Shown here piece by piece: positions 20,909-29,207 of a DNA stretch of 64,000 nucleotides (its first letter is position 1; every line of letters begins with the position of its first letter). The notes beneath the pieces are model-generated. The model made no database searches and had not been told where the DNA came from. It worked only from the letters and a program-made list of their open reading frames with translations. Position numbers and translations under genes: made by a program. The stretch lies in the NCBI GenBank assembly GCA_963737265.1, contig CAVTRY010000011.1, positions 192,001 to 256,000 on the forward strand. Reading direction: 5' to 3'. This stretch comes from an uncultured delta proteobacterium. Lineage in GTDB: Bacteria > Myxococcota_A > Polyangia > Fen-1088.

Positions 20909-21634
20909 CTATTTCTTGCGCCGCGCTTGCGGTCGGCCGCGATCGCGCGCGGCCGCGTCGTTGTCGGGCAATTGCGCCGCCACCGAAAATTCGATGGAAC
21001 AGCAGGCGTCGTCGGCGTGGCCGCGGCTGATCTCCGCCTCGCTGCGCAGCCCTGTCAGCAGCGGCGGTGTCACGCCGAAGTTTGCCTTCCGCCGGGCGAG
21101 GTGCACCGCCACCGAAGCGAAAGCACGGACCAGCGGAAAGGCCACCACCACCAGCGCCGCCGTTTGCTGGCGTTCTGCCCCGTGGCGCAGCCGAACCCAC
21201 GCGGCGTCGGGCAGACGAGGATTCCTGTCGCCCAGATCCACCGCGACCAGATCGAAGCCGCCCGCGTCGATCAGCAACTCGGCCGCGCGCAAGGCCTGCT
21301 TGTCCGCCGCATGCACCCACAACAAGCGTTCGAGGGGCACGCCCGCCCGCGCCGCCAGGCGAGCGTCAAAGGCCTTCTCGGCATCCACCAGCGCCGCCGC
21401 GCCACCCCCCTTCAACACGCTCGCCAGCGACGCATACAAAATCGAAGTGCGCCCCGACGAGCGCGGTCCCGCAAGCTCGCTCACCCCGCCGCGCGGCCAG
21501 CCGCCGCCGAGGAGCGCATCCAGCGCGGGCAAAGTTGTTGCCACAATCCCGCGCTTCTCCTCCAGACGGCGGGCCGGGATGAGATAAGCCGACAGCGCGG
21601 CCGGAAGCTGGTCGAGCAAGAGTGCAGCAGTCAC
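20909..21634 (-). CDS. imuA: ImuA, RecA-like mutagenesis protein
   Basis: LPALDALLGGGWPRGGVSELAGPRSSGRTS, AALVD, LERLLWV, GGFDLVAVDL. First gene of the cassette. Confidence 0.88.
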   Translation of the reverse strand: MTAALLLDQLPAALSAYLIPARRLEEKRGIVATTLPALDALLGGGWPRGGVSELAGPRSSGRTSILYASLASVLKGGGAAALVDAEKAFDARLAARAGVPLERLLWVHAADKQALRAAELLIDAGGFDLVAVDLGDRNPRLPDAAWVRLRHGAERQQTAALVVVAFPLVRAFASVAVHLARRKANFGVTPPLLTGLRSEAEISRGHADDACCSIEFSVAAQLPDNDAAARDRGRPQARRKK

Positions 21635-21648
21635 AACGGATTAGAGTA

Positions 21649-21666
21649 ACTGAACGTAAGTTCAGT
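21649..21666. promoter_or_regulatory. LexA (SOS) box, myxobacterial type
   Basis: Palindrome ACTGAAC-GTAA-GTTCAGT 15 nt upstream of imuA; fits the CTR..GTTCAG-type Myxococcus LexA motif. Confidence 0.8.
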
Positions 21667-21690
21667 ATCAAGGCCTGGCCCGTCACGGTC

Positions 21691-22596
21691 TCAGCGCTCG
21701 GCCAGCAGCAACGCGATCCCCACCAAGACGCCGGCGAGGGCAAAGGCTTTCTTGAGGCGCTGGCGTTCGCCAAACGCGAGACTGCCCAGCGCGAAGCTAA
21801 TCACCACGTTGCCGCGACGGAGGGTGGACACCACGCTGACCAGCGCGCCGGGCGTCGCCAACGCCTTGAAATAGAGCGCGTCCGCCAGCAGCAGGAGCAG
21901 GCCCACCGCGGGGATGGCCAAGCGCATGCGAAAGGGCGTGGTGCGTGCCCGGCCAGGCAGCCAAAAGACCAGCACGAGCAAGCCCTGCAAAATCGTGTTG
22001 TCCAGGGTGAACCAGAACTGCACGTCGAGGGCCGGCAGGCGCACGGACTGAAGCAGGTGCTTGTCGTAAAGGCCGCTCCCGGCGCCCACCAAAGTGCCAA
22101 GGAACAGCGACCACACCCAAAGGTTGCGTCCGAAGTGGATCCCTTCGTCGCGGCCGATGACCGAAAAGGCAAAGTACGCGACCAGAATGACGGCGATGCC
22201 TGCCCACTGCGCCCCGCTGGGATGTTCGCCAAATAGCAGCACTGCCCCAAGCAGCGTGAACAGCGGCGCGCTCGCGCGCACGGGCGCCGCCAGCGACAAG
22301 GGCAAGTGCTTGAGCGCGAAGAAGGTCAGCACCCACGACAGCGTCACCAGCGCCGCCTTGGCCAAAATAAGCGCGTGCCCCACGGTCGACAATCCGTGCA
22401 CACGCATTCCCCACCCAGCCGCCGCGTGCGGCGCCAGCAGCGAAAACACCCCGATGGGCGCCAGCAGCACGAGCCCGCTCGCGCTGCACGCGAACAGCAC
22501 CACCAGCACCGCGTTGCCGTTTACGGAAGCCTTCTTGGCGACGTCGTAAACGCCGAGAAAAATCGCCGACAGCAGCGCGAGCAGAATCCAGGACAT
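21691..22596 (-). CDS. EamA/DMT-family transporter
   Basis: MSWILLALLSAIFLGVYDVAKK; about 10 TM segments in two repeats; ALKHLPLS, PLFTLL, FGER. Confidence 0.88.
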   Translation of the reverse strand: MSWILLALLSAIFLGVYDVAKKASVNGNAVLVVLFACSASGLVLLAPIGVFSLLAPHAAAGWGMRVHGLSTVGHALILAKAALVTLSWVLTFFALKHLPLSLAAPVRASAPLFTLLGAVLLFGEHPSGAQWAGIAVILVAYFAFSVIGRDEGIHFGRNLWVWSLFLGTLVGAGSGLYDKHLLQSVRLPALDVQFWFTLDNTILQGLLVLVFWLPGRARTTPFRMRLAIPAVGLLLLLADALYFKALATPGALVSVVSTLRRGNVVISFALGSLAFGERQRLKKAFALAGVLVGIALLLAER

Positions 22597-22680
22597 GAGC
22601 GCGGGCTTTATACCGGGCCTAGGCTGCGCTGAGGCGGAAAGAATCTGAGTTTTCCACCACGCGCTGCCGCCAAAGGATTC

Positions 22681-22840
22681 CCGTGAGGCGAGTGGCTGAC
22701 CCTCTCCAGCGTCCGAACGCCGCCGCCCCCCGACGACTCGGCCCCTCGGCGCGAGCGCTTGGACGCCGACGATCCCGGCGGAACCATCAAACTTTAGGCT
22801 CGGTTCTACTTTAGACGCGTCGACCTCGCTGCCCACCGGC
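22681..22840 (-). ncRNA. Candidate structured non-coding RNA (family unknown)
   Basis: 5' and 3' ends are imperfectly complementary; two internal stems; TACAAT -10-like hexamer just upstream on the minus strand. Confidence 0.35.
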
Positions 22841-23049
22841 CCTATTGTACGGTGCCCTCGGGCTGCTGCGCGGCTGGCGGGGCCGTGTCCTTCACCGCTA
22901 CCAGTTGACCGAGCTCTACACGTCGGTCATCCTCGCAACATGATCCATGTTTCGAAGGACACCCACCGATTCCTCGCGCGAAGGCTTCGCCTGTGGACCG
23001 GCTTCCGCAACTGCCTATGCGCTCAACAAGAAGGAAAGGAGTACGCGAG

Positions 23050-23493
23050 ATGAAACTTCTTGGCTCCGTCCTCGTTCTCTTGATGCTGACTTCGGCTTCA
23101 CTAGCGAAGAAAGCAGAAAGACGCGAGAAGAAATCCGACCCTGTTCACACGGTCAATACCCTAAAAGCCAAGGGAAAGAGTATTTCGTTTACGTGCAGTC
23201 CCACCAATTGTAGGGAACAACAAGACGGCAGTCTCTTGTTCAACTTGAGTTGTCAGACCAACAGGGAAAACGACAAGTTGGAAGTATCTGTGGGAGACAA
23301 GAGCCAAACCATCCAGTCCTACGGGTTCGTTGACATTCCCGGGGAGATAAAGGCGCCCAAGAAAGGATCTGTCCCGATCAAGATATCCGTCAGCGAGGAT
23401 GAAGGCTCCCCCCAAACGACGTTCACGTTCAAATACACCGTAGAGCAAATAAAGCGGCCCACCTGTCGAAAGTACGGTGATGTAGAGCTATAG
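23050..23493 (+). CDS. Hypothetical secreted protein (lower GC)
   Basis: AAGGAG upstream, signal MKLLGSVLVLLMLTSASLA, 147 aa, atypical codon usage. Confidence 0.65.
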   Translation: MKLLGSVLVLLMLTSASLAKKAERREKKSDPVHTVNTLKAKGKSISFTCSPTNCREQQDGSLLFNLSCQTNRENDKLEVSVGDKSQTIQSYGFVDIPGEIKAPKKGSVPIKISVSEDEGSPQTTFTFKYTVEQIKRPTCRKYGDVEL

Positions 23494-24212
23494 CGGCCCG
23501 AATACCTTTCCCGGCTGCGGCGCGGATGACGTCAGCAGACCCCATCTTATCTCGGGCGGCGTGGGTGGCGATGGTCTCATGCGCGGGATGCTGAAGCGGG
23601 CCAATCTGCTGTTCGACGTGGACGTTCATGATGACCGCGAGATCGAGGATCGTCTCGACTCAAGGAAATCGGACGGACTACCGGTCGCAGATCTTGTGCG
23701 TGCGCCTCGAGAAAGAATCTCGGTTGGTCGGCCATTTCCGTGTGCATCGTACTACTAACGGCGGGCTTTTCCATCGGCGCGGTGGCGGGAGTGGCGGGAA
23801 GACGGGTGGGGCGGCTTCTGTCTTTGTGCGGGGACGACCATCGAACTGGCGACGTAACCAGTCGAGATGTCTAGAGTTTCTATCGATGCCATCGGGCGGA
23901 TACCCCACGGTTACCCCCAAACCCTGACCCCTTGCCCGCCAATACCTTCTCGGCAGTTTCCTTCCTCTCAAAGGTCCGAGTCTTGCGCTCGCTGTTACCG
24001 ACCCACCTCGCCAACACCGGGGCCGCAGAAGGTGCGCGCGGACCCACCCGTCGGGGATCGGCCGCCAGGGTGCCCGGACAGTCCCGCGCCTGCGCGTGAG
24101 GCCGCGCGATTCGAGGGGCGGCGGCGTGCTATGCCTCTATGCCTGCGTACCTTGAACTCTATCTTTCGGATTCACCACACTCTAAAAGTTTTTTCTTTAG
24201 AAGAAGAGTTGA

Positions 24213-24230
24213 TGCTATACTCGTATAGCA
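24213..24230. promoter_or_regulatory. Palindromic operator of the toxin-antitoxin operon
   Basis: TGCTATAC-TC-GTATAGCA overlapping a TATACT -10-like hexamer, 13 nt before the antitoxin ATG. Confidence 0.7.
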
Positions 24231-24243
24231 CTTAAACGGAGAC

Positions 24244-24465
24244 ATGCTCATGCTTGCTATTCGACTCCCGGAAGATGTGGAGCGGCGCCTTGCGGTTCTG
24301 GCGAAGAGAACTGGGAGGACGAAGACGTTCTACGCACGCGAAGCCATCATCGAGCACCTAGAAGACCTTGAGGACGTCTACCTTGCAGAAGCGAGCTACG
24401 CCGAGATCCGCGCGGGCGCCAAGACCATCCCTCTCGAAGACGTGTTGAAGGAATACGGGCTGTAG
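24244..24465 (+). CDS. Type II antitoxin, RelB/DUF6290-like RHH protein
   Basis: MLAIRLPEDVERRLAVLAKRTGRTKTFYAREAIIEHLEDLEDVYLAE; directly upstream of a RelE-like gene. Confidence 0.9.
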   Translation: MLMLAIRLPEDVERRLAVLAKRTGRTKTFYAREAIIEHLEDLEDVYLAEASYAEIRAGAKTIPLEDVLKEYGL

Positions 24466-24477
24466 CTCTCAGCAAAG

Positions 24478-24765
24478 ATGGGCAACCGCGCCTGGACCAT
24501 CGAGTTTTCCCGTGAGGGTAAGCGGAACCTCGACGACCTGGACCGCTCGATCAGTAGGCGCATTCTAGGCTTTCTCCGTGAGCGTTTGGTGAAGCTCGAA
24601 GATCCGCGAAGTCTTGGCGAGGCACTGCACGGTCCGCAGTGGGGGGAGTTCTGGAAGTATCGGGTTGGTGACTACCGCATCGTGGCCAAAATCGAGGATC
24701 AACTGATCCGGATTCTTGTAGTCCGGATTGGGCACAGAAGTGAAGTTTACCGGGACAAGGGCTGA
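24478..24765 (+). CDS. Type II toxin, RelE/ParE family
   Basis: WTIEFS, DPRSLGEALHG, FWKYRVGDYRIV, VRIGHRSEVY. Confidence 0.93.
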   Translation: MGNRAWTIEFSREGKRNLDDLDRSISRRILGFLRERLVKLEDPRSLGEALHGPQWGEFWKYRVGDYRIVAKIEDQLIRILVVRIGHRSEVYRDKG

Positions 24766-25129
24766 ACGCCCCTGGTGTGCGACGGCGCCCAAGTGCCCTC
24801 AAAACGCGCCAGCCACTCCTCGCCAAGTCCTGTAGTGTGTTTATCGCCGAGTCGGCGCGGGAGGCCCTCAGCGCCTTCCTGTGCGCACTGGGGTCGATAC
24901 CATCGCGAAGCAACTTGCGCGCCTCGTTCCGCTTCTCGCGGGCCTCGGCCAAGGTCACCTCGGGGTACGTGCCAAGGGACAGCAGCTTCTCCTTCTTGGC
25001 GATGCGGTACTTGAGCCTCCACCACTTGCCGCCGGCCGGGGCGACCTCCAGGTACATCCCGCCGGCGTCGTAGAGGCGTGTCCGTTTCCCCGTGGGCTTG
25101 GCCTTCTTGCAAGCGGTGTCTGTGAGCAT
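24766..25129 (-). pseudogene. Truncated P4-like tyrosine integrase (arm-binding N-terminus only)
   Basis: MLTDTACKKAKP..LYDAGGMYLEV..KWWRLKYR..KEKLLSLGTYPEVTLAEAR..GIDP. Frameshift near 24821, then cut off at the toxin gene; no catalytic domain. Confidence 0.88.
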
Positions 25130-25310
25130 TTCAGGACTCCAATTGGGGGTAACTCGTTTTCGATCCTGCGAGTTACCCCCAAGGCTACCCCCCACGCGCC
25201 TGCGGCTGTCAACGAACGCAAGCGGACGTTGACGGAGCCAAAACGGCGCCAAGATGCTGGTTTCTCTGGCGGCTGCGAACGTGCGCGGCCGGGTGCGGAC
25301 CTTGGCACTG

Positions 25311-25395
25311 TGCCGGGGACGGGATTCGAACCCGTACGCCGCTTTCGCGACAGCGGATTTTAAGTCCGCGGCGTCTACCATTTCGCCACCCCGGC
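25311..25395 (-). tRNA. tRNA-Leu(TAA)
   Basis: GCCGGGG acceptor stem, TGGTAGAC D-loop, CT-TAA-AA anticodon loop, long variable arm, GGTTCGAATCC T-arm; CCA not encoded. Confidence 0.97.
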
Positions 25396-25410
25396 GGGGG
25401 TGGGGCGATT

Positions 25411-26019
25411 TTACACCGACTCGAGGCGAACGCGGCGGCCTTCGACGGTGACCTGGCCGCTGGCAACGGCGCGGACCACGGCGGGAAGCAGGCGGTGCTC
25501 TTCGGCGAGGATGCGCTGGCGCAGGCGGTCCTCGTCGTCGTCGGGCAGGACGGGGACGGCGGCCTGGGCGATGATGGGGCCGGTGTCGGTGCCGGCGTCG
25601 ACGAAATGCACGGTGCAGCCGGCGAGCTTGACCCCATAATCGAGTGCCTGTTTCTGCGCGTGCGTGCCGGGAAAGGCCGGCAGGAGGGCAGGGTGGATGT
25701 TGATCACGCGTTGGGGAAAGGCGCCAAGAAACACGGGCGTCAGGACGCGCATAAAGCCGGCCAGCACAACTAGCTCGACGTGGCGGCTGCGTAACTCGGC
25801 GACCAAGGCGCGGTCGAAGTCCTCGCGGGCGGCGAAGGCCTTGTGCGACAGCACGAAGGTGTCGATGCCGGCGGTCTTCGCGCGCTCGAGCGCGAAGCAG
25901 CCAGCAACGTTGGCGCCGACCGCGACAAGCTGGGCGGGGTCAAGCTTGCCGCGTTTCCAAGTGTCGATGAGGGACTGAAGATTGGTGCCGCTGCCCGACA
26001 CCAAGACGCCGGTCCTCAT
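25411..26019 (-). CDS. purN: Phosphoribosylglycinamide formyltransferase
   Basis: VSGSGTNLQ, LAGFMRVL, INIHPALLP, GCTVHFVDAGTDTGPII. Confidence 0.97.
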   Translation of the reverse strand: MRTGVLVSGSGTNLQSLIDTWKRGKLDPAQLVAVGANVAGCFALERAKTAGIDTFVLSHKAFAAREDFDRALVAELRSRHVELVVLAGFMRVLTPVFLGAFPQRVINIHPALLPAFPGTHAQKQALDYGVKLAGCTVHFVDAGTDTGPIIAQAAVPVLPDDDEDRLRQRILAEEHRLLPAVVRAVASGQVTVEGRRVRLESV

Positions 26020-27086
26020 GCAAGGAACTCCACCGGCGCATCGACCTGGTCGGAGCGTTGCACGGAGCCGATGGTGAATACCTTTTCGCCTTCGAGCTCG
26101 AGGATGGACTGGGCGGCGTCGGCGGCGCCGGCGGGTACGGCGACGATCATGCCGATGCCCATGTTGAAGGTGCGGCGCATTTCTTCGGGCGCCACGCTTC
26201 CAAGGCGCGCCAGCATGCTGAACAGCGGTGGCGGCTGCCAGGTACGCAGGTCGATTTGCAGTTTTAGCTTGGCGCCCGTGGCGAACATGCGCGTGGGATT
26301 GTCGACCAGGCCGCCGCCCGTGATGTGGGCCGCGCCCTTCATCAGGCCCGAGGCGGCGAGGCGGCGCAGGGCGCGCACGTAGATGCGGGTGGGACGAAGC
26401 AAGGCCTCGCCGAGTGAGGCGTCGAGGTCGCCGGGTTTGCTGCCGAGATCCAAGCCCGCTTCGTCGAGAAACACGCGGCGCACAAGCGAATAGCCGTTGG
26501 AATGAAAGCCAGTGGAGGCGAGCCCGAGCAGGACGTCGCCGGGCTCGAGGGTGCTGCCGTTGATGACCTTCTCTTTGTCGACCACACCGACGCAGAACCC
26601 GGCCAGGTCGTATTCGCCCTTGGCGTAGAAGCCGGGGAGCTCGGCGGTTTCGCCGCCGATGAGGGCGCAGCCCGCTTGTTTGCAGCCGTCGGCGATGCCG
26701 GAGATGACCTGCTCGGCCACGCCGACCTCCAGGTGGCCGGCGGCGAAGTAGTCAAGAAAGAGCAGGGGCTCGGCGCCGCACACGACGAGGTCGTTGGCGT
26801 TCATGGCCACCAGATCGACGCCCACGGTGTCGTGCTTGTCCATCATGAACGCGAGCTTGAGCTTGGTTCCCACGCCGTCGGTGCATGCCACCAAGAGAGG
26901 GTTTTTGTAACCCTTGGGCAATCCGCACAGACCGGCGAATCCGCCCAGGTTGGTCAGCACCTCGGGGCGCATGGTGCGCTTGACGTGTCCCTTGATGCGT
27001 TCGACCAGGGCGTCGCCCGCGTCGATATCCACGCCGGCGTCCCGGTAGGTCAGACCCTTCCTTGGCTTGTCAGAATCGCTCGACAT
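26016..27086 (-). CDS. purM: Phosphoribosylformylglycinamidine cyclo-ligase
   Basis: TYRDAGVDI, TDGVGTK, GGETAELPG, HSNGYSL, AHITGGG, RTFNMGIG. Confidence 0.98.
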   Translation of the reverse strand: MSSDSDKPRKGLTYRDAGVDIDAGDALVERIKGHVKRTMRPEVLTNLGGFAGLCGLPKGYKNPLLVACTDGVGTKLKLAFMMDKHDTVGVDLVAMNANDLVVCGAEPLLFLDYFAAGHLEVGVAEQVISGIADGCKQAGCALIGGETAELPGFYAKGEYDLAGFCVGVVDKEKVINGSTLEPGDVLLGLASTGFHSNGYSLVRRVFLDEAGLDLGSKPGDLDASLGEALLRPTRIYVRALRRLAASGLMKGAAHITGGGLVDNPTRMFATGAKLKLQIDLRTWQPPPLFSMLARLGSVAPEEMRRTFNMGIGMIVAVPAGAADAAQSILELEGEKVFTIGSVQRSDQVDAPVEFLA

Positions 27087-27088
27087 GG

Positions 27089-27514
27089 CTACGCGTTCCC
27101 CCACAGTGTGGCAACGACGGTGCGGCTGCCACCATCGTCGCGATGTTCGCCAAGATAGAGGCCCTGCCAGGTGCCGAGGAGCAGCCGTCCATCGCGGACT
27201 GGAATGGTTTGCGATGCACCGAAAATGCCCGACTTCACGTGTGCGGGCATATCATCCGCGCCTTCCAACTGGTGCACGAAATAGCTCGCGCCGTCGGGAA
27301 TGGCCCGCTGGCTCCAGTGCTCAAAGTCGGCGCGAACGTCGGGGTCGGCGTTCTCGTTTAGGAAGAGCGAGGCCGAGGTGTGCTGCAAGAACAAATTGAC
27401 AAGACCCACGCGCAGCTGGGAAATCTCCGGGATGGCGGCAAGGATTTCGCTTGTCACGAGGTGGAACCCGCGCGAGCGCGCCTTGAGTCTGACTATGGCT
27501 TGGTGAAAGATCAC
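27089..27514 (-). CDS. yjbQ: YjbQ/UPF0047 family protein
   Basis: RGFHLVT, QHTSASL, NENADPDVRAD, HQLEGADDMPAHVK, LGTWQGLYLGEHR; GTG start. Confidence 0.92.
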   Translation of the reverse strand: MIFHQAIVRLKARSRGFHLVTSEILAAIPEISQLRVGLVNLFLQHTSASLFLNENADPDVRADFEHWSQRAIPDGASYFVHQLEGADDMPAHVKSGIFGASQTIPVRDGRLLLGTWQGLYLGEHRDDGGSRTVVATLWGNA

Positions 27515-27647
27515 GGTCGGTCGACTTCTCGCGCGTCCGTGGGCATTTTGTAAAGAGTGGATTTGCGGGAAGAAATCACGCCCAGGGTGGGTTTTACGCC
27601 TAGGATTATTTCGACCGGGCCAGCCCGCGTGGCGCGGCACTCAAAGG

Positions 27648-29196
27648 ATGACGACTATGCGCAAGACACTGCTATTTTCCACGGGAATCGGAATCATGGG
27701 CCTGGCCTTGGGGCTGGGCGTGGGCATGCGGTCGACGCCCAGGGCAGCGGCGGAGTCGCAGACGGCGATTACGCCGAAGACGCAGGTGCCGCAGGAAGCG
27801 CGTTCGTTGTCCCAGGCTTTCGCGACCACGGCACGCGCGCTTCGGCCGAGCGTGGTGCGGCTGGATATCGAGCTCGAAAACCCGACCAAGGCCAACGGAC
27901 GGCGGCTGCGGCGCGACGACGTGCCGCCTGAGATGGAACGGTTCTTCGAACACTTCTTCGGCGGCGACCCGTCCGAAGGTGGATTTCCGCCCTCGTCGCC
28001 AGGGCGCGGCACGGGGTCGGGGGTGGTGATGGACGGCTCCGGCAACATCATCACCAACAGTCACGTGGCCGAGCACGCGGCCAAGGTGACCGTCATTTTT
28101 GCCGACGGGCGTGAGTTTTCCGCCAAGGTCGTGGGCGCGGATCCCAAGACCGACATCGCGGTGGTGCGCATCGAGAATCCGCCTCCCAATTTGGTTGCGG
28201 CACGCCTGGGCGATTCGACCAATCTCGAAGTCGGCGAGTGGGTGCTGGCCATCGGAAGTCCCTTGGGGCTCGACCAAAGCGTCACCGCCGGCATCATCAG
28301 CGGCAAGGGCAAGGTCACGCGCAACGTGCACATGTCGGGCGAGCGCATGCGCGAGTACATCCAGACCGACGCCAAGATCAATCCCGGCAACTCGGGCGGC
28401 CCCTTGGTCAACTTGCAGGGCGAGGTCATCGGCATCAACACCCTCATCAACGTCGGACCGGGCGGCGCCTATGGTTTCGCCATTCCCATCAATCAGGCGC
28501 GCCAAATGGCCAGGGCGATTATCACCGACGGCCGAGTACGCCATGCGTGGCTGGGCATCGGGCTTGGCGACGTCAAGGATAGCGTGAAGCTTGGGGACGA
28601 CGGCGAACCCGAGCACAAGGAGGGCGAAGGCAAACTGGCCAAAGGCCTGCCTGGCAAAGCTGCGTGGGTCAGCCGTGTGATGCCGAACAGTCCGGCCGAC
28701 AAGGCGGGCGTTCGCGTGGGGGATGTGATCACGCAGATCGATGGACAAAAAATCGAAGGCGCGGCGGATGTGGTGGATTACGTGTCGGCGCAGAAGGTTG
28801 GAAACAAGGTCACGGTTTCGTACACGCGCGACGGTAAGTCCGCAAGCTCGCACGTGACGCTGGGGGAATTGCCAGCGAATCCGTACGCACTGGCGGACTC
28901 GCAGGTGCAGAAGCACAAGATCGGGGCGCAGTTGCAAAGCCTGACGCCAGACATGTTCGAGCTATTTGGGACTCGGACCTGATGCCAAAGGCGCGGTGGT
29001 TACCGAGGTGGAGCCGGGCAGCAGCGCCTCCAAAGCCGGGCTTCTGCCCGAGGATCTCATCGTCGAGATCGATCGCAAGCCGATCGCCGGGGCGGACGAC
29101 GCGGTGGCGGCCTTGCACGGCAACGGCAAGTCCGCCCACCTGCTCAAGGTCCGCCGTGCCGGGACCTTCCGCTTCGTGACCGTCGTTGAACCCTAG
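27648..29196 (+). CDS. DegP/HtrA serine protease with two PDZ domains (single-base frameshift near 28956)
   Basis: TNSHV, TDIAV, QTDAKINPGNSGGPL, PDZ1. PDZ2 continues in the shifted frame (GAVVTEVEPGSSASKAGL). Confidence 0.93.
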
Positions 29197-29207
29197 CGTT
29201 TTCTGGC

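Larger units (their letters stand above)
23825..25331. mobile_element. Decayed tRNA-Leu-integrated genomic island remnant
   Basis: Integrase stub next to the tRNA 3' end; degenerate copy of the tRNA 3' end at 23825-23846; TACCCC(C) repeats near both ends; toxin-antitoxin cargo. Confidence 0.65.

Noticed and set aside
22600-22625. Guanidine-I (ykkC) riboswitch-like GGTATAAAGCCCG before EamA
   Set aside because: The rest of the aptamer is absent; more simply a -10 element.
22885-22962. Hammerhead ribozyme or purine riboswitch assignment
   Set aside because: Core consensus nucleotides are missing; kept only as an unnamed structure.
23500-24200. Short ORFs between the secreted protein and the TA pair
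   Set aside because: No recognisable motifs or RBS; probably decayed island sequence.
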